A stretch of 47,829 bases of DNA from Candidatus Zixiibacteriota bacterium. Its GTDB lineage: Bacteria > Zixibacteria > MSB-5A5 > UBA10806 > 4484-95. Numbering within the stretch: position 1 is the stretch's first letter; every line of letters starts with the position of its first letter. The notes beneath the pieces are model-generated. The model ran no database searches. It was not told the DNA's origin and worked only from the letters and a program-made list of their open reading frames with translations. The translations under genes and the position numbers were made by a program. Of the stretch, positions 24,179 to 34,703 are shown one piece after another. The stretch is from contig JAOZPT010000014.1 of the NCBI GenBank assembly GCA_029932605.1, positions 1 through 47,829 of the forward strand. Direction: 5' to 3'.

Positions 24179-24718
24179 TTGTCTCGAATAGGAAAATTGC
24201 CAATTCCTTTACCAAAGGGAGTAAAGGTTAGCCGTAGTGGAACCCAAATTACCGTTGAGGGGCCTAAAGGCCGGCTTTCTGAGAAAATACATCCCTCTAT
24301 CCAGACTGAAATAACTGATAATGAAATTTTAATTAAGCGCCCCTCTAACGTAAAATACTATCAGGCGCTTCATGGTTTATCGCGGGCGCTGATAGCAAAT
24401 ATGGTAACCGGAGTTACTGAGGGCTTCTCGAAAGAGCTTGAGATAATAGGTATTGGTTACCGGGTGGAGAAAACCGGTAAAGGAATAACCTTCCATTTAG
24501 GTTATTCCCATCCAATAGTTTTGATACCTCCCGATGAGGTTAATATTGAGATAAAAGGAGCTAATAAAATTACCATTTCAGGGTTTAACAAACAGGTTGT
24601 TGGCCAGGTGGCCGCTCAGATAAGGTCTTTTAGACCACCTGAATCATATAAAGGCAAAGGTATTAGATACGCTGGGGAACAAATCAGGAGAAAAGCTGGG
24701 AAAACGGCAGGCGCGTAA
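24179..24718 (+). CDS. rplF: 50S ribosomal protein L6
   Basis: MSRIGKLPI, GYSHP, RPPESYKGKGIRY; TTG start. Confidence 0.99.
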   Translation: MSRIGKLPIPLPKGVKVSRSGTQITVEGPKGRLSEKIHPSIQTEITDNEILIKRPSNVKYYQALHGLSRALIANMVTGVTEGFSKELEIIGIGYRVEKTGKGITFHLGYSHPIVLIPPDEVNIEIKGANKITISGFNKQVVGQVAAQIRSFRPPESYKGKGIRYAGEQIRRKAGKTAGA

Positions 24719-24720
24719 TC

Positions 24721-25086
24721 ATGGCGAATTTACAGGTCATTAAAGCTAAAGCAAGGTCGAAAAGGAAGCTTCGCGTAAAAAAGAAATTGTTAGCCACTGC
24801 TCAACGGCCAAGGCTAGTGGTGTTCAGATCATTAAAACATATTTATGTTCAGCTTGTTGATCACCGTTCGGGTAGATGTATAACAGGTGCATCATCGCTT
24901 TCTAAAGAGTTGGCCGGCTTGAAGGCATCTAAAACAGAGAAGGCTTCTAAAGTTGGGGAGTTGATAGCGGCTAAGGCAAAAGAGAAGGGAATTGAGGAGG
25001 TTATCCTGGACAGGTCCGGTTATCTTTATCATGGTCGTGTAAAAGCTTTATCGGATGGTGCTCGTAAAGGCGGGTTAAAGTTTTAA
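24721..25086 (+). CDS. rplR: 50S ribosomal protein L18
   Basis: [23 protein letters not shown]. Confidence 0.98.
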   Translation: MANLQVIKAKARSKRKLRVKKKLLATAQRPRLVVFRSLKHIYVQLVDHRSGRCITGASSLSKELAGLKASKTEKASKVGELIAAKAKEKGIEEVILDRSGYLYHGRVKALSDGARKGGLKF

Positions 25087-25105
25087 ACAAGATAGTGAGG
25101 TTTAT

Positions 25106-25612
25106 TTGGCGGCATTTGATAACATTCAGATGGAATATGATGAGAAAGTTGTTGATGTAAACCGTGTGGCCAAAGTGGTTAAGGGCGGTAGACGTTTTAG
25201 TTTCACCGCATTAGTAGCTGCTGGTGACCGCAAGGGCAAAGTCGGTATTGGGCATGGTAAAGCATCCGAGGTTGCTGAAGCGATACGCAAAGCAAGTGAA
25301 TCTGCTCGAAAGAACATGATAAACATTAAAATTCATGATGGTACTATTTCTCATGAGGTTATAGGTAAGTTTGGAGCAGCCAATGTTCTTTTAAAACCTG
25401 CTTCCCCTGGTACCGGTGTTATTGCCGGTGGTCCGGTCAGGGCTGTGCTTGAAACAGCAGGTATTCAAGATATCCTCACTAAATCTTTAGGTTCTCCTAA
25501 TCCTTATAACGTGATCAAGGCAACGATGAACGGTCTTATATTGTTAAATGAGATTGAAAATCTGATTGCCGCTCGAGAGAAAACGGAGAAAACTGATGGC
25601 AAAGCAAATTGA
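25106..25612 (+). CDS. rpsE: 30S ribosomal protein S5
   Basis: [30 protein letters not shown] start. Confidence 0.99.
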   Translation: MAAFDNIQMEYDEKVVDVNRVAKVVKGGRRFSFTALVAAGDRKGKVGIGHGKASEVAEAIRKASESARKNMINIKIHDGTISHEVIGKFGAANVLLKPASPGTGVIAGGPVRAVLETAGIQDILTKSLGSPNPYNVIKATMNGLILLNEIENLIAAREKTEKTDGKAN

Positions 25613-25778
25613 AATCAAGCAGATAAAAGGGGTGGCAGGCACCTCTCAACATCAAAGAAGGGTATTAAAAGCCCTGGGGCTTCGCCATAGAGAGCATACA
25701 GTAACACATTATGATACTCCTCAAATAAGAGGAATGGTAACGAAGGTTTTTCATCTGGTAAAAGTTACTCAGAAATAG
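25596..25778 (+). CDS. rpmD: 50S ribosomal protein L30
   Basis: LKALGLRH...[12 protein letters not shown] 25596 overlaps end of rpsE. Confidence 0.95.
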   Translation: MAKQIEIKQIKGVAGTSQHQRRVLKALGLRHREHTVTHYDTPQIRGMVTKVFHLVKVTQK

Positions 25779-25785
25779 AAGGAAG

Positions 25786-26232
25786 ATGATGGAACTATCC
25801 GGTTTAAAGCCTGTTCCTGGTTCAAAAAGAAATAGAAAAAGGGTGGGACGTGGTCCTGGTTCGGGTTATGGTTCTCAATGCGGTAAGGGTCACAAAGGGC
25901 AGAAATCTAGGTCGGGGTATAAGAGTAGGGCCTGGAACGAAGGTGGTCAGATGCCCCTTGCACGCCGATTACCAAAACGTGGTTTTACAAATATTTTCAA
26001 AAAAGAGTATCAGATAGTAAATCTTGATTCTTTAATCAAATTGGGTGTGGATATAATTGACGGGGAAATATTACTGAAAAACAGGTTGATTCGCAGTAAA
26101 CGGATTCCTTTTAAGGTTCTCGGAAATGGTGATATCGACAAGCCATTAACAGTCAAGGCGCATGCGTTTTCTCGGCCGGCTCGCGAGAAGATAGAGAAAG
26201 CTGGTGGAAAAGCAGAGGTTATAAAGTGTTAG
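25786..26232 (+). CDS. rplO: 50S ribosomal protein L15
   Basis: RVGRGPGSG, GHKGQKSRSG, EGGQMPLARRLPKRGF. Confidence 0.98.
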   Translation: MMELSGLKPVPGSKRNRKRVGRGPGSGYGSQCGKGHKGQKSRSGYKSRAWNEGGQMPLARRLPKRGFTNIFKKEYQIVNLDSLIKLGVDIIDGEILLKNRLIRSKRIPFKVLGNGDIDKPLTVKAHAFSRPAREKIEKAGGKAEVIKC

Positions 26233-27539
26233 AAAGCTTTAGAAATATTTACAAAATTCATGAGTTACGCAAGCGGATTTTGTTCACGCTTGGCATTCTT
26301 ATTGTTTATAGAATTGGCGGACATGTTCCAACACCCGGAATCGATGCAAAGGCGTTGGGAGAGTTTTTTACACAGGCTGCTGGATCATTATTCGGGCTTT
26401 ATGATATGTTTGTGGGTGGAGCTTTCAGGAAAGCCACCATTTTTTCTCTGGGGATTATGCCATATATCTCAGCCTCAATTATCATCCAGCTGTTAGGTGC
26501 GGTGATGCCGTTTTTCCAGAGATTGCAAAAGGAGGGTGAAGAAGGACGCCGGAAAATCACACAATATACCCGGTATGGAACGGTGCTTATTGCCGCCCTT
26601 CAATCTATGGGAACGGCTGTATTTTTGGAGTCAATCACTACTGCTTCTGGCCGTTCGGTTGTGCCATATCCAGGTGTTGGTTTTAAGCTTCTGACAATGC
26701 TGACCTTTACCTGTGGTACTATTTTTATCATGTGGCTGGGCGAGAAAATTACCGAACGGGGTATAGGAAATGGTATATCGTTAATAATATTTATAGGGAT
26801 TATAGCCAGGTTCCCACAAGGGGTATTGGATGAAGCGCGCATGGTTCTTGGTGGGCAACGTTCGATTATCACTGAATTAATGATTGTAGCCTTTATGGTG
26901 CTGGTTGTAGCAGCCATCGTTTTGGTAACCAGGGCTCAGCGTAAAGTTCCTGTTCAGTATGCCAAACGGGTTGTTGGGCGCAAGATTTATGGTGGTATGA
27001 GCACGCATATTCCTCTTTCGGTTAACACTGCTGGTGTTATTCCTATTATCTTTGCCCAGTCGATAATGTTTGCCCCCTCAACGCTAACATCGTTTTTCCC
27101 TAATTCTGAGATGATGCAGACAGTGGCTTCGTGGTTTAATCCCGGCGCTGTTCTCTATTCAATAGTGTATGGTCTTTTGATAGTATTTTTCGCATATTTT
27201 TATACAGCTATCGTTTTTAATCCTGTTGACTTAGCTGACAACATGAAGAAGCAGGGGGGGTTTATTCCAGGTATAAGGCCGGGGCAGAAAACCGCTGAGT
27301 ACATCGATCGCATTCTTACACGTATAACCTTACCCGGTGCCATTTTCTTTGCATTGATTGCTATACTGCCGTATTTCTTGATTCAAAGGGCTAATGTTAC
27401 ATTTTATTTCGGTGGAACGGGGCTTCTGATCGTAGTTGGTGTAGCTTTGGACACCCTTCAACAGATCGAATCGCATCTATTAATGAGGCATTATGATGGG
27501 TTTATGGAGAAAGGGAGAATGAAAGGCAGGTACAGTTAA
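26226..27539 (+). CDS. secY: Preprotein translocase subunit SecY
   Basis: LGIMPYISASII, GIGNGISLIIF, FIPGIRPG; multiple TM helices; GTG start. Confidence 0.99.
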   Translation: MLESFRNIYKIHELRKRILFTLGILIVYRIGGHVPTPGIDAKALGEFFTQAAGSLFGLYDMFVGGAFRKATIFSLGIMPYISASIIIQLLGAVMPFFQRLQKEGEEGRRKITQYTRYGTVLIAALQSMGTAVFLESITTASGRSVVPYPGVGFKLLTMLTFTCGTIFIMWLGEKITERGIGNGISLIIFIGIIARFPQGVLDEARMVLGGQRSIITELMIVAFMVLVVAAIVLVTRAQRKVPVQYAKRVVGRKIYGGMSTHIPLSVNTAGVIPIIFAQSIMFAPSTLTSFFPNSEMMQTVASWFNPGAVLYSIVYGLLIVFFAYFYTAIVFNPVDLADNMKKQGGFIPGIRPGQKTAEYIDRILTRITLPGAIFFALIAILPYFLIQRANVTFYFGGTGLLIVVGVALDTLQQIESHLLMRHYDGFMEKGRMKGRYS

Positions 27540-27540
27540 A

Positions 27541-28194
27541 ATGCGATTGGTTTTTTTAGGACCGCCTGGTTCTGGAAAGGGGACTCAGGCAAAAGTGTTA
27601 GCCGAGAAAAAGAAAATTACCCATATATCGACCGGGGATGTTTTGAGGTCGGCAGTGAAAAGCGGGACTGAACTTGGTAAAAAAGCAAAATCATATATTG
27701 ATGCAGGTGCTCTTGTACCGGACGATATAATTTTGGGGATGATTAAAGAAATATTGCGAAAAAACAAAAAAGGTTTTATATTAGATGGTTTTCCAAGAAC
27801 AGTTGCTCAGGCTGATAGTCTGGAAAATCTTCTTGCTGAGCTTGGCCTTAAGCTTGATGCCGCTGTTAATCTTGTTGTGAGTGATGATGAGGTTTTAAAG
27901 AGGCTTTTGGGACGATTTTATTGTGAGAAATGTGGGGCTGATTTTAATGTAAATACTAACCCTCCCGAAATAGAGGGGATTTGTAATAAGTGTGGTGGTA
28001 AACTCATTCAGAGAGAAGACGATAAAGAGGAAGTTATAACCAATCGTTTGAGGGTTTACCGCGAGAAAACAATGCCTGTGGAAGATTTCTACAGGTCTCG
28101 TAACTTGCTTTTAAACATCAACGGAGCGCGAAGCTTTGATGATGTTACCGCTTCGATTCTTGAAGCGGTAGGGTATGTTTATGATAATTTATAA
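27541..28194 (+). CDS. adk: Adenylate kinase with Zn-binding LID
   Basis: GPPGSGKGTQA P-loop, HISTGD, LDGFPRT, LID CEKC-x16-CNKC. Confidence 0.98.
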   Translation: MRLVFLGPPGSGKGTQAKVLAEKKKITHISTGDVLRSAVKSGTELGKKAKSYIDAGALVPDDIILGMIKEILRKNKKGFILDGFPRTVAQADSLENLLAELGLKLDAAVNLVVSDDEVLKRLLGRFYCEKCGADFNVNTNPPEIEGICNKCGGKLIQREDDKEEVITNRLRVYREKTMPVEDFYRSRNLLLNINGARSFDDVTASILEAVGYVYDNL

Positions 28195-28924
28195 ATCGGT
28201 TAAGGAAATCGAAAAAATGAGAGAAGCAGGTGCTATAGTTAAAAAAACACTTGATATGCTCTCAGAAAATATCAAACCTGGTATGACAACTGCTGAGCTG
28301 GATAATCTGGCTGATGATATTATCAGGTCTCAAGGCGGAATACCATCGTTTAAGGGATACAACGGTTTTCCAGCCAATATCTGTACTTCTATAAATGATG
28401 AAGTTGTTCATGGTATTCCCGGGAACCGCAGAATTGAAGAGGGACAGGTGATAGGGATCGATGTTGGAGTATATAAGGATGGTTATCATGGTGATGGCGC
28501 TTGGACTTTCGCTGTTGGTGAAGTTGACGATGAAACCAGAAGGTTGTTGGAGGTAGGGGAACAATGCTTGGAGAAGGCTATTAAAGCGGTTCGTATAGGT
28601 AACTTTATCGGTGATGTCTCGTATGCTATTCAAGCTCACGCTGAAAAGAATGGTTTTTCTGTTGTACGTGACCTCGTGGGCCATGGCATAGGACGGAAGA
28701 TGCACGAGGAACCTCAGGTTCCAAATTATGGCAGACCTCATTCGGGTGTACCGTTAAAAGCGGGTCTGGTGATTGCTATAGAGCCGATGGTAAATTCTGG
28801 AGCCTACCAGGTGAAAATGTTAGATGATAACTGGACAATAGTAACCTTTGATGGTAAAAAATCGGTGCATTTTGAACATACTATTGCAGTAACTGAAAAT
28901 GGGCCGATAGTCTTAACTGGATAG
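28175..28924 (+). CDS. map: Methionine aminopeptidase type I
   Basis: [33 protein letters not shown]; start may be ATG 28181. Confidence 0.98.
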   Translation: MFMIIYKSVKEIEKMREAGAIVKKTLDMLSENIKPGMTTAELDNLADDIIRSQGGIPSFKGYNGFPANICTSINDEVVHGIPGNRRIEEGQVIGIDVGVYKDGYHGDGAWTFAVGEVDDETRRLLEVGEQCLEKAIKAVRIGNFIGDVSYAIQAHAEKNGFSVVRDLVGHGIGRKMHEEPQVPNYGRPHSGVPLKAGLVIAIEPMVNSGAYQVKMLDDNWTIVTFDGKKSVHFEHTIAVTENGPIVLTG

Positions 28925-28937
28925 TTATTGGTGTTTG

Positions 28938-29156
28938 ATGGCTAAAGAGGATGTGATAGAAGTTGAAGGTAAAGTGATTGAGCCTTTACCCAACGCTATG
29001 TTCAGAGTTGAACTTGATAACGGTCACCAGGTTCTGGCTCATATTTCTGGTAAGATGCGTATGCATTTTATAAAGATCCTTCCGGGAGACAAGGTTACAC
29101 TTGAACTTTCACCATATGATTTGAATCGTGGACGGATTACCTACAGGCATAAATAA
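28938..29156 (+). CDS. infA: Translation initiation factor IF-1
   Basis: [24 protein letters not shown]. Confidence 0.98.
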   Translation: MAKEDVIEVEGKVIEPLPNAMFRVELDNGHQVLAHISGKMRMHFIKILPGDKVTLELSPYDLNRGRITYRHK

Positions 29157-29176
29157 TAAGGGATAAGGAGCATTTT

Positions 29177-29290
29177 GTGAAAGTCCGGTCATCTGTAAAG
29201 GTTCGATGTGAGAAATGTAAGATAATAAGGCGCAAGGGCGTGGTCAGGGTTATATGTTCTAACCCCAAGCACAAACAGCGGCAGGGTTAA
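29177..29290 (+). CDS. rpmJ: 50S ribosomal protein L36, Zn-binding type (not in ORF track)
   Basis: Manual translation [37 protein letters not shown] from GTG behind AAGGAG. Confidence 0.97.
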   Translation: MKVRSSVKVRCEKCKIIRRKGVVRVICSNPKHKQRQG

Positions 29291-29303
29291 AAGGAGGTTT
29301 CAT

Positions 29304-29675
29304 TTGGCTCGCGTTGCGGGAGTTGATTTACCGCATGATAAAAGAATAGAGGTTGCATTAACTTATATTTACGGTATCGGGCATTCAACTGCTAAAAAGA
29401 TAATCGAGATGAGTAAGGTTGATCCTGATATCAGGGTTTATAAACTGACCGATGAACAGATGGCAGACCTTCGAAAGATTATTGAGCGAAATTTTAAGGT
29501 CGAGGGCGCATTAAGGACTGAAGTAAATATGAATATCAAACGCTTGATTGATATTGGAAGTTATCGTGGTCTGCGCCATCGACGGGGTTTGCCGGTACAG
29601 GGACAGCGGACGAAAACTAATGCCCGTACCCGAAAAGGTCCGAAGAAAACAATAGGTAGGAAAAAGAAGAAATAA
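29304..29675 (+). CDS. rpsM: 30S ribosomal protein S13
   Basis: [35 protein letters not shown] start. Confidence 0.99.
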   Translation: MARVAGVDLPHDKRIEVALTYIYGIGHSTAKKIIEMSKVDPDIRVYKLTDEQMADLRKIIERNFKVEGALRTEVNMNIKRLIDIGSYRGLRHRRGLPVQGQRTKTNARTRKGPKKTIGRKKKK

Positions 29676-29689
29676 TTGCGGAGGAAAAT

Positions 29690-30085
29690 TTGGCGGAACC
29701 TTCAAAAAAGAGAAAAACAAAGAAGAAAATTGGCAAAGTTGAATCCAATGGTATTGTTCATATCAGGGCGAGTTTCAATAATACCATTATTACTATTACC
29801 GATAGCAAAGGGAATGTTGTATGCTGGTCAACAGCGGGCAAATCGGGATTTAAGGGTTCAAAAAAGTCTACACCGTTTGCAGCTCAGATTGCCGCTCGGA
29901 CTTCCGCCAAGGAGGCTTTAGAATTGGGTATGAGAAGGGTTGAAGTGCGTGTTAAGGGACCTGGTTCCGGTAGAGAAGCGGCTATTAGGTCTATACAGGC
30001 CACCGGTCTTGAAATCACATCAATCAGTGATGTTACTCCTATTCCTCATAATGGTTGTCGTCCACCGAAGAAAAGAAGGGTTTGA
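29690..30085 (+). CDS. rpsK: 30S ribosomal protein S11
   Basis: [37 protein letters not shown] start. Confidence 0.99.
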   Translation: MAEPSKKRKTKKKIGKVESNGIVHIRASFNNTIITITDSKGNVVCWSTAGKSGFKGSKKSTPFAAQIAARTSAKEALELGMRRVEVRVKGPGSGREAAIRSIQATGLEITSISDVTPIPHNGCRPPKKRRV

Positions 30086-30088
30086 CTT

Positions 30089-30718
30089 ATGGCGAGATAT
30101 CGTGACGCAAATTGCAAACTCTGTCGCCGTGAAGGTATGAAACTGTTTTTGAAGGGTAACCGTTGTACTTCGGATAAGTGTGCATTTGATCGTCGTGGTT
30201 ATGCTCCTGGCCAGCATGGTCAGTCGGGACGTCGCAAGGGTTCCGAATATGGTCTTCAGCTTAGAGAAAAACAAAAGGTTCGCCGTATTTATGGTGTGCT
30301 CGAGCGACAATTCCATAACTATTTCATAAAGGCAGCAAAGAAGAAAGGCATCACTGGCGAGATTCTTTTACAAATGCTGGAAAGCCGGCTGGATAACATT
30401 GTTTACCGGTTCGGTTTTGCTCCATCTCGTAAAGCTGCTCGCCAACTTGTCAGGCATAATCATATTCTTGTCGATGGCAAGAAAGTTAACATTCCTTCTT
30501 ATGAAGTTAAACCAGGAAGTATTGTAAGTATTTGTGAGAAAAGTCGTAACCTTGATATCATTCATCAATCATTAAAGGATGCGGGTAAAGAAGTAGACCT
30601 TGACTGGATTAAGATTGACAAGGTAAAAATGGAGGGTCAACTTTTAGAGGTGCCAACACGCGCCCAGATCCCTACATTGGTTCAGGAGCAAATGGTAGTT
30701 GAGTTATATTCTAAATAA
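30089..30718 (+). CDS. rpsD: 30S ribosomal protein S4, Zn-binding type
   Basis: CKLCRREG...C...C, LREKQK, LESRLDN, VVELYSK. Confidence 0.99.
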   Translation: MARYRDANCKLCRREGMKLFLKGNRCTSDKCAFDRRGYAPGQHGQSGRRKGSEYGLQLREKQKVRRIYGVLERQFHNYFIKAAKKKGITGEILLQMLESRLDNIVYRFGFAPSRKAARQLVRHNHILVDGKKVNIPSYEVKPGSIVSICEKSRNLDIIHQSLKDAGKEVDLDWIKIDKVKMEGQLLEVPTRAQIPTLVQEQMVVELYSK

Positions 30719-30763
30719 ACTACCGATTATTATTTTATTTATAATTGTGGAGGCTGTCTGACT

Positions 30764-31753
30764 ATGAAATGGAAAAGTATCCAAATGCCCAAAGAACTTG
30801 TGGTAGATGAAACCGTCACCAACGATAAATATGGACGGTTTATAATTGAGCCTTTAGAACGCGGTTTTGGGCAAACCATTGGCAATGCTATGCGGCGTGT
30901 TCTTTTGTCCTCAATTCAAGGAGCAGCGTTCACATCCATTAAAATTGATGGAATTCTACACGAGTTTTCCACTATTTCCGGTGTTTATGAGGATATGACC
31001 GACGTCATTTTGAACATTAAAAAAGTGAACTTGAAGTTAATTGGTGATGAGACAAAGACGGTACTGCTTAATGTTAAGGGTAAGGGGGAATATACTGCTG
31101 CCGATTTTGAGCATGATGCAGAGCTCGAGATATTGAATCCTGACCAGCATATTGTTACTCTTACTGATAATGTCAAGTTCAGGATGGAGCTTGAGGTTGG
31201 TACCGGCCGGGGTTTTGTTGATGCTGATATGAATAAAAAGCCTGACCAACCGGTAGGTACTATACCGTTGGATGCCCAATTTTCTCCTATAAACAAAGTT
31301 AATTTCGAGGTTGAAAACACAAGGGTTGGACAACGGACCGACTATGACAAGCTTATTTTACATGTCTGGACAACCGGTGCGGTTACCCCTGAAGAATCGC
31401 TTTCATTTTCCGCCAAGCTTTTGAAGGACCATCTTAATATTTTCGGACAGATTGACCAGGAGATGGAGATAGCTGAGGAGGAAAAAATTGACGAAGAGGT
31501 TTTACGTATACGTAACCTTTTGAAGATGCGAGTGGATGAACTCGAGCTCTCTGTGCGCTCATCCAATTGTCTGCATGCTGCCAATATCGTTACCATCGAG
31601 GATCTAATTCGTAAGACCGAGGCTGAGATGTTACGGTATCGTAACTTCGGCAGGAAATCGCTTAACGAGTTAAATGGTATTTTAAGCGAGCTGGGTTTGT
31701 CGTTTGGTATGGATGTTGAAAAATACAAAGAGGATACGCCCGACAAGGACTGA
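30764..31753 (+). CDS. rpoA: RNA polymerase alpha subunit
   Basis: EPLERGFGQTIGNAMRRVLLSS, LELSVRSSNCL, NFGRKSL. Confidence 0.99.
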   Translation: MKWKSIQMPKELVVDETVTNDKYGRFIIEPLERGFGQTIGNAMRRVLLSSIQGAAFTSIKIDGILHEFSTISGVYEDMTDVILNIKKVNLKLIGDETKTVLLNVKGKGEYTAADFEHDAELEILNPDQHIVTLTDNVKFRMELEVGTGRGFVDADMNKKPDQPVGTIPLDAQFSPINKVNFEVENTRVGQRTDYDKLILHVWTTGAVTPEESLSFSAKLLKDHLNIFGQIDQEMEIAEEEKIDEEVLRIRNLLKMRVDELELSVRSSNCLHAANIVTIEDLIRKTEAEMLRYRNFGRKSLNELNGILSELGLSFGMDVEKYKEDTPDKD

Positions 31754-31755
31754 TT

Positions 31756-32244
31756 ATGCGTCATAGAAAAACGGTTCGAAAACTTGGTGTAAAAACTGCC
31801 CATCGCAAGGCGATGATGGCTAATATGGCTGCATCATTAATCACATATGGTAAGATTAAAACTACGGTGTCGCGGGCAAAGGCCTTATTGCCTGTTGTTT
31901 CGCGCCTGGTTACACTTGGCAAAAAAGGTGATATCCATTCCCGGCGTTTGGCTTTTGCAACTCTTAGAGATAGAGAGATTTTAAAAAAGCTATTTGACGA
32001 GATCGCCCCGGAATTTAAAGATAGGAGCGGGGGATATGCCAGGATAATCAGGGCTGGTTATAGAAAAGGTGATGGCGCCTCAATGGCAGTTGTTGAATTT
32101 CTAATTGAGAAGAAAATAGAGAAAAAAGAAGAGAAAAAAAGTAAGGCGGGTAAAAAGACTGAGGCAAAAGCAACTAAAAAGAGTTCCAAAAAGGATGTAA
32201 AGAAAACCGAGGCTAAAAAAGGTAGGAAGAAAGCAGACAAGTAA
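31756..32244 (+). CDS. rplQ: 50S ribosomal protein L17 with Lys-rich tail
   Basis: MRHRK, IKTT, RSGGYARI, RKGDGA. Confidence 0.98.
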   Translation: MRHRKTVRKLGVKTAHRKAMMANMAASLITYGKIKTTVSRAKALLPVVSRLVTLGKKGDIHSRRLAFATLRDREILKKLFDEIAPEFKDRSGGYARIIRAGYRKGDGASMAVVEFLIEKKIEKKEEKKSKAGKKTEAKATKKSSKKDVKKTEAKKGRKKADK

Positions 32245-32288
32245 CCCGTAGTATTAATAATACTAATAGCTTGTTAAAACTTGGACTT

Positions 32289-32320
32289 AAAGGCGGAGAT
32301 TGTATCTGCCTTTTATTTTT
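32289..32320 (+). terminator. Intrinsic terminator ending the ribosomal cluster
   Basis: AAAGGCGGA-GATTGTA-TCTGCCTTT followed by TATTTTT. Confidence 0.8.
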
Positions 32321-32436
32321 ACCTTAGCTCGTGTTATTTACAATTCTTTTTATTTAAAGAAGTAACTTGACCATCTCGCCCAAACTCATTGGTAAAGATG
32401 CCATTGCTACATTACGATTATAAATAAACAATCTTC

Positions 32437-32465
32437 TTTACTTTAAATATTAATCCTGATAAAAT
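32437..32465 (+). promoter_or_regulatory. Putative sigma70 promoter with extended -10 for the deo operon
   Basis: TTTACT, 17 nt, TAAAAT preceded by TG-A; ends 7 nt before the deoB ATG. Confidence 0.55.
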
Positions 32466-32472
32466 CATAACC

Positions 32473-33651
32473 ATGAGGCGTTTTAATCGGATATGCCTTT
32501 TGATATTGGATGCCTGCGGTGTTGGCGAGTTACCCGATGCGGATAAGTATGGTGATGTCGGTTCCAATACCCTGGGTAATTGCGCTGCCCATGTTGGTGG
32601 TTTAAATATGCCTAACATGTCATCTTTTGGGCTGGGAAATATTATCCCTATCAAAGGTGTTTCTCCCTGTGAGGAACCTGAAGCATACTACGGCAAAATG
32701 GCTGAAAAATCGCCCGGCAAAGATTCAACCACCGGTCACTGGGAACTTGCTGGAATGATCACACATAAACCTTTTCCTGTTTATCCTAAGGGTTTTCCGG
32801 AGGAGATTATCGATAAATTCAAATTGCTAACCGGTCGAGGGGTTTTAGGTAATATACCCGCATCGGGAACGGAGATTATCGTCGAACTTGGTGAAAAACA
32901 TCTTAAAACTGGCGATCTGATAGTTTATACCTCTGCCGATTCAGTTTTTCAGGTGGCTGCTCATACAGATATTGTTCCCCTTGATGAGCTTTACCGTTAT
33001 TGCCGAATAGCCCGTGAGATGTTGACTGGCAAGCATGCAGTATCGCGTGTTATCGCTCGTCCTTTTGCTGGTAAGATTGGTGAGTTTAAGCGAACTCCCG
33101 ATAGGAAAGATTTCTCACTTGCACCACCAAGGGGGACGTTGTTAGATAGGCTTAAAGATGCGGGCTATGATGTTATCACCGTTGGCAAGGTGGATGACCT
33201 TTTTGCGGGTAGGGGAGTAACTCAATCATATCATACTAAATCAAATGCTGAAGGAATAAGGGTTATTAACAATGTGTTATCAGATGAATTTAATGGTTTA
33301 TTATTCGCCAATCTTGTCGATTTCGATATGCTCTGGGGTCACAGAAATAACGCTAAGGCTTTTGCCGAGGGCCTGGAGTATTTCGATAGCAAATTCCCGT
33401 TGATAGTATCTGGTCTTAATGATGATGATTTATTGATAATTACCGCTGACCATGGTTGCGATCCGACTACACCTTCTACTGACCATTCACGAGAGTATGT
33501 GCCCGTGTTGGTTTATTCACCATCTTTGAATAGCCCCGGGAGAGATCTTGGTGTTCGCAATTCGTTTGCCGATGTTGCATCGACAATCGCCGAGTTGCTC
33601 TGTGTGGATAAATTTGATTCGGGAGAAAGTTTTGCAAAGGAATTATTATGA
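32473..33651 (+). CDS. deoB: Phosphopentomutase
   Basis: [56 protein letters not shown]. Confidence 0.96.
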   Translation: MRRFNRICLLILDACGVGELPDADKYGDVGSNTLGNCAAHVGGLNMPNMSSFGLGNIIPIKGVSPCEEPEAYYGKMAEKSPGKDSTTGHWELAGMITHKPFPVYPKGFPEEIIDKFKLLTGRGVLGNIPASGTEIIVELGEKHLKTGDLIVYTSADSVFQVAAHTDIVPLDELYRYCRIAREMLTGKHAVSRVIARPFAGKIGEFKRTPDRKDFSLAPPRGTLLDRLKDAGYDVITVGKVDDLFAGRGVTQSYHTKSNAEGIRVINNVLSDEFNGLLFANLVDFDMLWGHRNNAKAFAEGLEYFDSKFPLIVSGLNDDDLLIITADHGCDPTTPSTDHSREYVPVLVYSPSLNSPGRDLGVRNSFADVASTIAELLCVDKFDSGESFAKELL

Positions 33652-34040
33652 ACGATGAACAATTGATTAATGCTGCCATCAAAGTCCGTGAGAAAGCCTA
33701 TGCGCCCTACTCGAAATTTAAGACTGGGGCGGTGCTACTTGGCGCTTATGGCGAAATTTATGCCGGAGCGAACGTTGAAAACAGCTCGTATAGTTTGACT
33801 GTTTGTGCCGAGCGAGTAGCTGTATTTAACGCTATCTCTGCTGGTTGTAAATCGTTCGTTAAGCTGGTTCTTGTCTCGGGAAGTTCACCACCAGCTATAC
33901 CCTGTGGTGCCTGCCTACAGGTGCTGTTCGAGTTTGCACCGGATTTGGTCATTGTCTGTGCAAACGATGAAAACGAAGTTAATACTTTTTCATTGAGTCA
34001 ACTTTTACCCCAGGGATTTCGTTTAAAAGAAAAGTTCTGA
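33648..34040 (+). CDS. cdd: Cytidine deaminase, small homotetrameric type
   Basis: [28 protein letters not shown]. Confidence 0.95.
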   Translation: MNDEQLINAAIKVREKAYAPYSKFKTGAVLLGAYGEIYAGANVENSSYSLTVCAERVAVFNAISAGCKSFVKLVLVSGSSPPAIPCGACLQVLFEFAPDLVIVCANDENEVNTFSLSQLLPQGFRLKEKF

Positions 34041-34060
34041 TAATATTACGGTGATTATTT

Positions 34061-34702
34061 ATGAATTTGGCTTCTTATATTGACCATACTTTGCTTAAAG
34101 CGGAAGCGACCTTTGGCCAAATCGAAACCTTGTGCAAGCAAGCGATTCAATACCATTTCGCCTCGGTATGTATCAACCCATCTTATGTCCGTTTTTGCCG
34201 GGGAATATTAAAAAAAGAGGAAGTTGCGATATGCTCGGTTGTTGGTTTTCCTCTTGGCGCTAACCTGACGGTGGTAAAGGCATTCGAGGCAGAAAACGCC
34301 ATCAGGGATGGAGCCACCGAGATAGATATGGTGATGAATGTTGGAGCTTTTAAAGATAAGCGTTTCGATTATGTCCTGGGAGATATCAAAAAAGTAAAGC
34401 AGATATGTGGCAATATTATTTTAAAGGTGATAATTGAAACAGCATATCTTAATGACGAGGATAAAGTTGATGCCTGTTTTATTTGCCGTGATGCTGGTGC
34501 TGATTTCGTGAAAACCTCAACAGGATTTGCCCCTGCAGGAGCAACGATTAAGGATATTAAGCTGTTTAAGAAAACGATAGGAGATTCACTTAAGATAAAA
34601 GCTGCTGGTGGTATCAAAAACCGTGCTACGGCCGAGGCTATGATAAGGGCAGGTGCTGACAGGTTGGGTACATCATCATCAATAGCAATCATAGAAGGTT
34701 GA
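34061..34702 (+). CDS. deoC: Deoxyribose-phosphate aldolase
   Basis: IDHTLLK, VVGFPLG, KVIIET, FVKTSTGF, KAAGGI, RLGTS. Confidence 0.97.
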   Translation: MNLASYIDHTLLKAEATFGQIETLCKQAIQYHFASVCINPSYVRFCRGILKKEEVAICSVVGFPLGANLTVVKAFEAENAIRDGATEIDMVMNVGAFKDKRFDYVLGDIKKVKQICGNIILKVIIETAYLNDEDKVDACFICRDAGADFVKTSTGFAPAGATIKDIKLFKKTIGDSLKIKAAGGIKNRATAEAMIRAGADRLGTSSSIAIIEG

Positions 34703-34703
34703 T

